Assembly: GCF_037042905.1 (NCBI RefSeq)
Contig: NC_087252.1
Coordinates: 11,904,001-11,968,000, forward strand
Direction of reading: 5' to 3'
Source: Lytechinus pictus
Lineage: Eukaryota
DNA: 64,000 nt
Every line of letters starts with the position of its first letter. The stretch's first letter is position 1. Under the pieces are notes generated by a model. It was given only the letters and a program-made list of their open reading frames with translations. It had not been told where the DNA came from and searched no databases. Positions 53,443-64,000 of the stretch are shown here, in pieces. The position numbers were made by a program, and so were the translations under genes.

Positions 53443-54056
53443 GGTGTGTGGGTGTGGGTGAGTGTGTGTGTGTGGGTGGGTGTGGGAGTGTGTGTATTTA
53501 TTTCCACTTGTGCAGTTTTCATCTCAATTTCCTTAGGAAATCCCATTTGAGGAAATAAAACCAATATACATATTCTACACCATAGACTAATACAAAGTGA
53601 AATTGAATTGCATTTAATTAAATTGAATTGAATCAAGAATTTACCTGGTAAGAGGGCCTCCAATCTGACTGAACTTCCTTCGACATCTTTAGATATGCGT
53701 ACCGAGCAGATATATAAACCACTGTCATCCTGTTGCAAACCCTGAATAGTAAGGTTTCCGCTTACAGAGTCGGCTATCAAACTGTATTTGGACGTATCTG
53801 AGATGTGTTGTTCATTTTTCGATTTCATGCCATTTTCTTTATCAGTAGCTATTTCCATCACCATACGTTTCTGATATAGCCAGGTTAACACACGATGCGT
53901 AGATAGAGGGTTGAACCTACAAACAAGTGTAATATCATCCCCAACAACTGGAAGAATATCTGGGTTTTGCAGACAGGTAGACACATTCACCCCATGAATC
54001 TTAGAAGCTTGGAAGACGACGAAGGTTACAATCAGAAGAGCGAAGTCAATATTCAT
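51205..54056 (-). CDS. Unit A: IgSF [SP+V]-C2a-partial I, ~339 aa, predicted secreted or incipient pseudogene
   Basis: complement(join(53645..54056 MNIDFALLIVTFVVFQASKIHG...DSGLYIC, 52104..52433, 51205..51482)). GT-AG, phase 1; the last domain lacks its second Cys and the stop lies inside a transposon TIR. Confidence 0.72.
52926..53253 (-). mobile_element. tRNA-derived SINE in unit A intron 1
   Basis: Minus strand starts GGAGGAGCCGTGGTGAGG, has a degenerate B box and a central AAATGGGTACCCGG motif, and ends TGTAAAGCGCTTTG...(TTA)n. Confidence 0.75.
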
Positions 54057-57000
54057 ACTGCCTGCACTCTTAAAGGACAGGTGCAAATTGGAACCATCGA
54101 GATATTTTTACCTGCTCAAGAAACCGAAATGGTTTTATATAAGAACCTTTAGAAGTCGCTGTTTGTAGAACCCTTTAGGGAACCTTGAGATGTTCCACCA
54201 ATGGGTCAAGCATAGAACCCTCGAAGAATCCCTCTTCTAATACCTGTAATAGTGTGCAGTTAATGGGTTTTTCTTCTTGGTTTCAGGAAGAATATTGATT
54301 TTGTAGCATTAATCAATATTATGAGCAATTTACCGAGATATCTGGAAAAGATGCTAAAAGAGGAAGCAGTTTATTGCATTTTAAGGATAAATTTAATACT
54401 TACGTGCATGTTGAAGGGCTCTTGTGGTCACAGCGAAAATGAAAGCAATTATTGTCTATAAACGGGTGATTGATGGTGCTGTCCGTGACTTTTTCTTAAC
54501 ATAATCCTTTCGTATATGTCAAGTAATATAAATTGGTAAAGCCCCAGGCTACATTATTCATTTAAATTTCAATCTAAATGTCCATAGTCATTTGGTCACA
54601 CTTAATAAAAACACATATATGCAACATATGAACATCATTAAGCATGCTTAATTAGGAAAATACACTCATAAAAACACTGCCCATTTATCTACACTAAGAA
54701 TTGACTGTGTCGATATAATACTTTATAAATGAAGAAATTAAACAACCAAAGGAGAGTAATTTACTGATAAAAATATTACTTTACACAGTTCTATGACGAT
54801 TAATAATCAAAGTACGATATTGATAAGGAAACAATCTGACTAGTTATTAAGAAAGTGGACAAAGACTTCACATGATATTATGATATTTACACATTAAAAT
54901 TCTTAAAGTAAATCGCAAGAAAACACATTTTCAGGGTTACATCTATTGTGATGACAATTTATAGATTCAAATCATCAAATTAAATAAAATACCGAAATAA
55001 TTATTTCCAAAGAAAGATGACGAAGAGTAGTATTCTAATGACATTTCAATGTTAACCATTGCTGATAAAAGGAAAATATCGGGGAGAACAAAGCGGAATG
55101 TGATGCTAAATCAAATTAAATCAGATGCTTATTTGTACTTTGTATTATTTCTGAAATCATGGAATCACCTTAAACTGTATACATAAACTATATACATTAC
55201 CTAATAATAATAAAGTGATGCGATTAGATATGTGGCTCATTCCAGAGATATTCGATTTGACAGCTTTGTTCTTCTGTAGGGTCTAATTCTTCGATTCTTC
55301 AACTCTGGTCCAAAGCTTACGACAAATATTCTTTCAACGCTATTAAATAAGGTCAGGAGAGAGGTAATGAGATCAAAACAGATCTCTATTAATGTTGTAT
55401 GTGTCAGCTGCGGATCAAGGAAATTTATGAAGGGAAGGGATTTCGTCCTGCCACGAGCGAAACTGCTCTAGTTAACTTGTTAATGTGCAGGCTACTTAAC
55501 CACCTTGAATAAAAGACCAAAGGATATTCAAGATATAAATGAAGTGATCAATTCAATGTCACAAAATAGACTTATTAGTTATCATAATTTCTTTGGAAAC
55601 ATAAGTATATCGACCAATGAATACTCATTCATATAAAATGGAGTATATATGCATATAAGTAGGAGTACAAGCACAATCGATTGTCCAAGTAAGGGAGTAG
55701 ATCGATCTAAAAGGCCTTTTAAATTATGTTTCCGAAAGTCCTGTTAAAGTCTATAAACTATTCGACCAAACCTCAATCGGATAATTGTAGAGTTCGAAGA
55801 CGGAGCACATCAACGATCCACGACGACTATGAAGATGGACGGTTATGGCTAAAAACATGTATGCCGATGATCGACGACGAAGACGATGAACGAGTATGGA
55901 ACGATAAAGACGCGTCTGACGTTATAAGCGAAGAGACGCGTCCTTGAAGAACAAATACGAATAATGATATACAAAATTTATATAGCGCTTTATACGAAGT
56001 TTCAAAGCGCGAAGAAATAAGGGAAAAAAGAAAATAAGAACACAAAAGCTCAGTGAAAGAACAACAAAGAAACTAAAAGTGAAAACACCATTACTAAAAT
56101 TCAAGAATATATAGGCAAATAACTAGATAATGAGCGAATATACAACTTGAATATAACAGGTCGATAATAATGTATGTAAATTGAAATAATCATAATAACT
56201 AAGAACACAATCCGACTTAAAATGTCTGAAGACAATATGATAATGCAAATTATCTGAGGGATATGATTTTATACAGAATACAATGGAAACGAAATATAGG
56301 AAAGTTGCCCGAAAATATGGAATGATCTTCCGGACTACATAAAAAATCCTTGTCAGCAACTAGCGTAAAATTTAAGATTAAGGAAAAAAAAAATGATTTT
56401 GTCATCCTTTGCTAGAATATCTTCATACCTCATATTCCTTTTGATCTCAAGTTAACATGACAACATGAATAAAGTGCAACTGTTGCTGCGGCATTATTTT
56501 TTTCTTTATCTCTCCCTCTCTCTTCTCCATTATACATTGTTGTACGCTCTATTTGCTCGGTACTCGGTAACACATGCCCGCCTTCCTGCTAACTTCTCCC
56601 TCTCTCGTTTTCTTCCCTTCTTCTCTTTTTCTAACCCTTCTTATCTTTGTATTGTATATAGTTTTATGTCCACAGGCGTATCCCGCCACAAGCATGTGCT
56701 TCTAGGGACATACGCCTTCCTCTGTACAAATGAGTTGTATATATTTATATTCTTTATGGAAATTGATTTCATATGAATTCTTGTTAACAAAAATGAAGAA
56801 ACTTTGTAAAATTGAGGAAAATAAATGTTTATTTGAAATGAAATGAAAACGAAATTTATTAAAAGAGGTGCAGTCAGACCGCATGTCCTTACGCTAAAGA
56901 GCAAACAGGCCAGACTCATCCAAATCATCTCGTGGCTGAATCCTCCTCCTTGCAAAATATCGTGATTCGTGAGATTTTCTTTTTCTAAAAAATTACCTGT

Positions 57001-57266
57001 TTTAACCTCAAGTTAAATGAATTATCATTGCACAAACAGATAGAGTAAATGTTATTCTTTCATATTGGTCATTTATTTCTATACAGTATTTTGATAAATA
57101 AGTACATCTCTGGCCTGAAAATGTGCCTCAAAACTGAATTTTCTTCTTCTTTTTTCTTTTTCAAATTGTTCAAAACTTTTTATTTTGATATATACATGTA
57201 TATCACCATATAGCTGAACTTCTGTACTTTCTCACAGTGCCACTCTTGACAAGCGGCACCTTTTAA

Positions 57267-57553
57267 TCGGGTCAAGATCACACTTTTCCCACCAAGGTAC
57301 AAAACGAGATTTCTGAAATGTTGTATTTGCATGAAATCCAGAGTTCTGATTGGCTGGATAAGGTTCACAGAACAACAGGCGCGGGTAATTTGAGGAGATT
57401 GCCATATGGGAAGTGTATGACCTTCCCATGAACCCAGGCACTGGAACCATTGGAATTTGCCAGTGTGCGGTCTCTTTGACCAATCGGAGTGCAGTATTAT
57501 TTTTTCAAGCTGCTTTATGTACTTGGCAAATAAAAAGTGTGATCTTGACCCGA
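57267..57553. mobile_element. MITE with perfect 21-bp TIR flanked by TTAA
   Basis: TTAA-TCGGGTCAAGATCACACTTTT ... AAAAGTGTGATCTTGACCCGA-TTAA. Confidence 0.8.
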
Positions 57554-57994
57554 TTAAACCAATTCTTATTTTGCAACCTATACCATTTTAAAGCATATAT
57601 ATTCAGCTTTACCATGATTTAAAAATATTTGGGCTCAAACAAAAATAGAGTGTGAAAATAGCAGCTTTTGTAAGGTGAAAATAATTATTTTGTAACATAA
57701 TTTAGATCAAAATTTCAACCTATATTTCAAATTATTTGAATAGATTCAAACACATGACGTAAAAGAATGATTATTTTACCTTTCAATGATACCAAAATCA
57801 TGAAATTCGATGCACAATTAGAGCAGCAATCACCGAATGAAAAGAGGTGTGTTGGTCCGCATCAAGCTCATTAAATATGCAAAACATGTCAAGTCATGAA
57901 TATCACTTGGATGAAAAAAGGCCACTTTCTTGAGACCTGCCGACTGACTGGGTGGATTTGAAGGAGGGACTGAAACAGTTCTAACAATGTTGCC

Positions 57995-59140
57995 TCGCGT
58001 ACATTAATGGGGAGATTATTCCAGATCTTCGGGGAAATAACTGAGATGGATCTGTCTGTTTTTAGTTCTTGGTCCGGGCAGCAGTTGAAGATGTGCAGTG
58101 GTGTGGGAGCGGAGAAGTCTGGATGCAGATTAAACTGATGAGGATCGGAGGGAGAAGAAGTTCTGTAAATAAGAGGATGCTTGATTATGGATACGTTGTC
58201 TTATATACTAGAAGGAGAGTTTTGTAGACAGCGCGTTGCTGATTTGGTAACCAATGTAAAGACTTGATGATTGGGGTGATGTGTTCATGTTTTTAGTTCG
58301 GGTAATCAATCTGGCTGCTGTATTCTGGATTCGTTGGAGGGGAACAATTTGGGAGTGGGAAAGACCAGCTAGGAGGCTATTACAGTAATCCAGATGGGAA
58401 GGAACAAATGCATGGATGAGCTTTTAAGTAGATGTAGTGTTGAGGTACTTGTGGATTCGGCCAATTCTAGCTTTACCCCCAAGAAGCCGTCCTGCACTTG
58501 TTGTGGATGTGTTGTGCAAGAGAAAATGGTTGTCTAAGATCACACCGAGATCACAGACAAAATCCGATTTCTTAACGCACGTTCCAGACAGATCTTGGGG
58601 AGAGAGATCATCACACTGCTGCCTTCAACCGGGATGATATATGCACCACTTCACTCTTTGCTTCGTTGACCTTCAAGTTGTTGATTACGGACCAAGACTT
58701 GATATCACGTAAACACTCTGTGTGTACATATATCGCACAATTTCTGTCGTCATCAGCTTTCACAACAAGATACAGTTGGGTATCATCAGCATACATAGCG
58801 TGATGTACCGTAAGTGGTTTCAAGTCGCTTGAAGAGTGTTGTGAGGTCAAGGCAGTCGTATATAGATGAGAGGTATAATAGTACCAGACATGCTTCAAGT
58901 GCACTGTCAACAGGAGATCGTTTGCAACCTTTAACAAGGATGTTTGAGTCGAATGATAGTGCCGGTATGCCGACTGGTTTGCTGGAAACAAGTAATTGGA
59001 CTCCAGGTGATACCTAAGCTGCATAACCACAATCCTCTCTAGAACATTGCCAATGAATGGGAGGATGACGATCAGTCTGTAATTCTTGAAGTCGTTCCTG
59101 TCAAGTGGTGACTTCTTCAGGAAAGATGTTATAATAGAGG
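57995..59140 (-). mobile_element. Degenerate L2/CR1-group LINE ORF2 fragment
   Basis: ORF 58611-59153 has KNYR, NQSAYRHYHST and YADDTQLY; the downstream minus strand reads PKIWNNLP at ~58005-58030; internal deletions. Confidence 0.88.
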
Positions 59141-59393
59141 TATCTAACAACACATACCTGTAAACAATTATTAGATCATGCCTCAGTTGTGACCATGAAC
59201 ATGAAACAGGAAAAGTATTTTGACCCCGTTTTACTATTTAGTTCCGTGCATAGGCTTTCGATCAACAAGTTTTGGGCGATTTGAGTTTCCAATTTCTTAA
59301 TTACATTTGATTCAATCACTTTTTTAACAAACAACCTTTTTCACGTTATTTACTTGTTTCACGTTAATTAGTTGTTTCGTGGGAGATACTGAG

Positions 59394-62082
59394 ATTGTAT
59401 TGTATTGTATTGTATTTATTTACCATTCATAAAAACATGCAAAAAAAAAAACAAAATTCATGTGATATAATTACAAAATGAAATAAATACATATGAATGG
59501 CTGGATTGCCCATTCAGAGTGGTAATTATTACCACTCTGTTCTGCCTAGGGGTCCAGAACATAATGAAATAGATCAGATTATATTATACACATTAACAAA
59601 ACAAAAGAACGACCTTAAACAGAATATAAAGTAATGAAAACTAGTCAGTAGACATAAAACAAAATATAAAGTTACGATTTTAGCTACAAACAAATACACC
59701 CCCCCCCCCCCTCTTTCCGGCAAAACAACGCGTTGCTCAGAGATTAATGTAATTCGAAACCATAGAGCTCAAAGAAGTATTAAATGTAGTTAAGTTTTTG
59801 ATAAATTTCATATCTAAAGGTAAACCATTATACAGTGCGTCCCAGAAAAAACGAAACCGAGATTTAGCGATGATTTATCATAACTTCATCATAAATAAAA
59901 CAGACAAATGACCTATCAATGTATAGCTTAGAGTCACTTCTTTCATCTGGTATTACTTAGATTATTCCTCATTCACGCATGAGTGAGCAAAACCAATTCG
60001 AAGAAAGGATGCCAAAAACTCATTTGGCGGGGGGTATCTGAATTTCAAAAAGAAAATCACATGACTAAAAAGTTCAATATCTGCTCTTTTCTTTGATACC
60101 TTAATCACAGAAAATGGTCAAGAAGTAAAAAAGTTATGATCCCTCGAAACAATGCTTGTATTTCCATAATTTCATTAAATGAACGTGTTTTCACCGGTTT
60201 CCCACAGAAGCTATCGCACGGTGACAAAAGACTTCATGCATGGCTGATCGTCAACAAAACGGAGTGTCGAGTGAGTTTGAACGCTAGCCTGTAAAACCTC
60301 TTCATTTTCTGAAATTATTGAAATTCAAGCCTTATTTCAAATAACCAGAACTTTGTTATTTCTTGACCATTTTCTGTAATTGAGGTATCAAATCAAAGAA
60401 CAGATATTGAACTTTTTAAAAATGTGGTTTTCTTTTTAAAACCCAGATACGGCCCGCCAAGTGACTTTTTGGTATCCCCTTTTCAAATTGTTTTTGCTCA
60501 CTCATGCATGAATGAAAAATAATCTAAGTAATTTCAGATGAAAGAGGAGATTCTAAGCTTTAAAATGGTAGGTCATTTGTCTATTGTATTTGTGATTTAG
60601 TTATGATAAATCATCGATAAATCTCGGTTTCGTTTTTGTGGGACGCACTGTATAGGCTTGAACCTCTATATACAAACATTCTACGGCAATTTTCTGTATT
60701 TGGTTTGGGCATAATTACATTACCTACGGTTCTTAAATTATATGAGTAATTACAATATTTAAATGAATCTGCTAAGTAAAATGGAGCCAGGCCGTTCAAT
60801 GCTCTGAACACCATTGTATATACATGGATATTTCTTCGTGATTGTAATGACCTCCATTCGAGTCGTTGGTGTATTTCTCTCTTTGATATTCGATTTTGCG
60901 GTTTAACATTCAAAATGATACGGCCAGCTCTGTTCTGATTTTTTTGAAGACGTTCAGTATATTTCTTATTTGTGGATTCATATACAATATCAGCATAATC
61001 AAATAAGGGAAGTATAACTGAACTATACAATAACTTTAGATTACTTTCAGTTACGAAATGTCTTAGACGTGCTAAATATTTAACAAGCTTATTAGTTTTC
61101 TTACACAGTTCTTCAATATGAGTATCCAACTTCAATTTTGGATCGAGATACAAGCCTAAATATTTAACAGAGTTAGATTGCTTAATAGTTTTATCAGATA
61201 TTTTAACATTTATATATGCACATTTTGATAACATAATATTAGTTCCAAAAAGCACAGAATTCGTTTTATCAACATTAAGACTTAGTTTGTTGTGGCAGAG
61301 CCAATTATATATGTTATGTAGATCAATGTTTATGTAGTGTTCTATCTCACTGATATTTTTTCCAGGAAAATAAATAATTGTGTCGTCTGCATACAGATGC
61401 AGTTTACAATATTTTACATGTTTATTGATATCGTTTATGTATAACGTAAGGAGAATTGGCCCTAGGGTTGAACCCTGTGGAATCCCATACTCTATACTCG
61501 AGACGTTTGATGTAATATTCTCTAGACATGTACATATATTCCGGTTGCATAAATAACTCTCAAACCAGTGCAAAGCATCATCTGAAACACCAATCTTTGC
61601 TAGCTTCTTCACAAGTATTTTAACATCCACAGTGTCGAAGGCCTTTTTCAGGTCGATGAATACTGCCCCCGTATAAAGACCCTCGTCCATTGCCTTGAGT
61701 GTTTCTTTCTAAATCCGGGCTGTTCCACACAGAGTATTTCATTTTCTTTCATGTTCAATTTAAGTTGGTTGGATACAAGTCTTTCCATAATTTTTGAAAT
61801 AGAAGATTAAATGGAGATTGGTCTATAGTTACAAGGTCCATTTTTATCACCTGATTTATAAATTGGAATAACTTTTGCTGTCTTGTATTAATGTGGGAAC
61901 GTACTATCTAGTAGTGATTTATAGATCAAATAAGTAAGTGATGGAAGTATTACTGGTGCAGACATTTTTAGTATTTGAGCAGTAATACCATCTATACCAG
62001 ATGAAGGTTTATTTTTTAATAAATTAATCTCTTTTGAAACATCCTCTTCTGTTACTGCTGTAAAATAAAAAGATGAATCCAG
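59394..62082 (-). mobile_element. 5'-truncated LINE (CR1/L2/Crack group) with RT, interrupted by a MITE
   Basis: ORF 60611-61690 has DLKKAFD, GIPQGSTLGP, YADDT and KYLG; upstream piece in 61888-62082. Frame resumes beyond the MITE (YNGLPLDMKF...* near 59740); tail AATAAAT(ACAAT)n at ~59394-59422. Confidence 0.93.
59833..60650. mobile_element. Tc1/mariner-type MITE with long TIRs
   Basis: TA-CAGTGCGTCCCAGAAAAAACGAAACCGAGATTTA ... TAAATCTCGGTTTCGTTTTTGTGGGACGCACTG-TA; inverted similarity extends ~300 bp inward. Confidence 0.92.
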
Positions 62083-62084
62083 AT

Positions 62085-62300
62085 TACATTGTTCCGAGCA
62101 CAGACCCTTGCGGTACGCCTGATTTGACATTGATGAGGGACGACACTTTACATCATCTAGCATGACTTGGCACATTTTGTGAAGGGAACTGGCTATCCAG
62201 GAATGTGTACAGCCATGGACTACATAGCATTGTAGCTTAGTATGTAATAGGCTATGGTCAATGTTATCAAATACTTTAGTCACGTTTATTATCAAGATGT
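62085..62300 (-). mobile_element. Separate short, degenerate LINE RT fragment
   Basis: KVFDNIDHSLLHTKLQCY and a frameshifted GVPQGSVLG; lies out of domain order relative to the adjacent LINE. Confidence 0.7.
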
Positions 62301-63219
62301 CATTTTTTCACAATTTTTGAGATGGTAGGTAAGATCCTCGGTGAACTCAACAATATCCCAATCGATGGTATGTGATAGCGGGTATATTTAATGAGGCAAT
62401 GGAACGTCCAGTATGTTGCAATTTTAGAATTGCTTCTCCTAGTAGGCAATGTGAATTGCTGGTAGGAATAAAAGAAAATAGGATTAAGCATGTCGTTTAC
62501 ATTTTCAATTTCACTTAGGTCATTCAGGATTCTTCTAGAACATGCAAAGTGGACTGTAATAAAATGAAATAAACTGAATGGTCACATGGGATTTTAATTT
62601 GTACCTCTCTGGAAGATTGTGGTATAAAGGCTGGGAAATGCTTCAATGATAGTAGAACTAAGAATTCAGTGTCAAGATCGTACGTCAGTGCATAGTTCAC
62701 GTCTATAAGTAATACGACATTAACTCGTGGAATTATTTTCACAACATCATCGACCAATTTCAAGAGAGGAATTCTCGGACCGCATTGAGGTTTTTTAACC
62801 TTGTTAGATTTATTTATTTTTTAACCCATTGGTTGCAAAAATCGACTGTTTATTGTCTTCGAACTTGTCTTCATGGACACTTTAACTCGGTTCGTGACTA
62901 TGATCGCCCATCGTAACTCAACATCAATTTCATCATCATCGGCATCGTGGACTTTAACTAAACTCTTTGCCAGCAAATTTGGATCAGTATTTGGACCTTT
63001 AGGACTACACTATGTTAGATTAACAGGAACTCTCCTTACATTCCAACGGAAGTTTATGCAATGAATATTTTTTACTGTAAAAAACAACAACCTTATTATA
63101 TTGGTGTGCTATTTGTTGCGGTACTTCTTATATCATAACAATACTTTTTACGATAACTGCATTAGAGGTTATGTAATTTTTATGATTTAGATTGATATAA
63201 GACACATCAAGATTCACAT

Positions 63220-64000
63220 GTAGTAATAATAGTGGTACACATCTGTAACCTATCTTTGTCAACAGGAGTATTTTCTTCTAGTTTCAAACTTGCCAAAGTG
63301 GTTACGATTCACACAAAAATACAATACAGCGACCGTATCTAATTATAGACCAATCTCAATACTACCCAGTTTATCCAAAGTTTTAGAGAGAATTTTTTTA
63401 TAACAGGCTTTATAAATTTCTAGATGATCATAATAATTTGAATTATGAACAATATGGATTTAGACGATCCAATTCCACTGACCTTGCACTATTGAATTTT
63501 TATGATAGTGTTTCAACTGCCTTAGCAGCTCGCGAGCATGTTGTTGGTGTATTCATGGATCTCAGCAAAGCTTTTGATACACTTGATCACTCGATTCTAC
63601 TTTGTAAATTGGACCACTATGGAATACGAGGTGTCGCACAACAATGGTTTTCAAGTTATTTATCTCTTAGAAGACAATATACTCATTACAAGGGTACTGA
63701 CTCAGATGTTTCTTCTGTAACATGTGGTGTCCCACAGGGGTCTATTCTAGGCCCACTCCTATTTCTCATTTACAGTAATGATATTTGTGATGTTTCAGCT
63801 GCTTTGCATTACACCTTATTTGCAGATGATACTAATGTTTTCATTTCACATCGTGATGTAAATGTTCTAGAGCACAAACTGAATTCAGAACTTCCGGAGC
63901 TGACATTATGGTTCAGGAGTAACCTATTATCCCTGTATTTAGGAAAAAATAAAATTGTTCATTTTCAGGGGAGGAAATATGCTGGTTACAAACAAATAAG
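63220..64000 (+). mobile_element. LINE RT fragment running off the window
   Basis: Translates as NYRPISILPSLSKVLE, QYGFR, FMDLSKAFDTLDH, GVPQGSILGPLLFLIY and LFADDTN, with frameshifts in the 5' part. Confidence 0.92.

Noticed and set aside
5767-54056. Single giant nephrin/hemicentin-like gene, or a gene symbol such as NPHS1
   Set aside because: Separate ATG/leader exons, promoter-like blocks and terminal stops define multiple units; orthology cannot be established from sequence alone.
55726-55947. Acidic ORF (DDEDDE)
   Set aside because: Short, GAC/GAT low-complexity sequence with no splice or homology support.

Overview
AT-rich, intron-containing animal DNA, most likely a sea urchin/echinoderm (inferred from the repeat landscape, not verifiable here). 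The core (~5.8-55 kb) is a head-to-tail, minus-strand array of nine paralogous immunoglobulin-superfamily units (named A-I in transcription order, right to left) plus a scrap of a tenth. The template architecture is signal peptide - V-set - three C2-type (nephrin/CD80-like) Ig - I-type Ig - fibronectin-III, one domain per exon, and every intron I could place is phase 1. I reconstructed open spliced reading frames for A, D, E, F, G, H and I; B is a pseudogene and C lacks its 5' end. No unit has a recognisable transmembrane or cytoplasmic exon. Five units end in an FN3 exon that decays right after a conserved 13-bp palindrome, GTTGCCWGGCAAC (an RFX/X-box-type site), and in four cases this lies 0.5-1.2 kb upstream of the next unit's ATG. 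The promoters carry IRF/ISRE-like and ETS-like motifs, and the paralogs show gene-conversion-like mosaicism. Best candidate for an undescribed system: an inducible, diversifying cassette array of secreted, or combinatorially spliced, invertebrate IgSF molecules. The flanks and introns hold degenerate LINEs, MITEs, a hAT remnant, tRNA-SINEs and an apparent 7SL-headed SINE. All coordinates and identities were read by eye, without tools.
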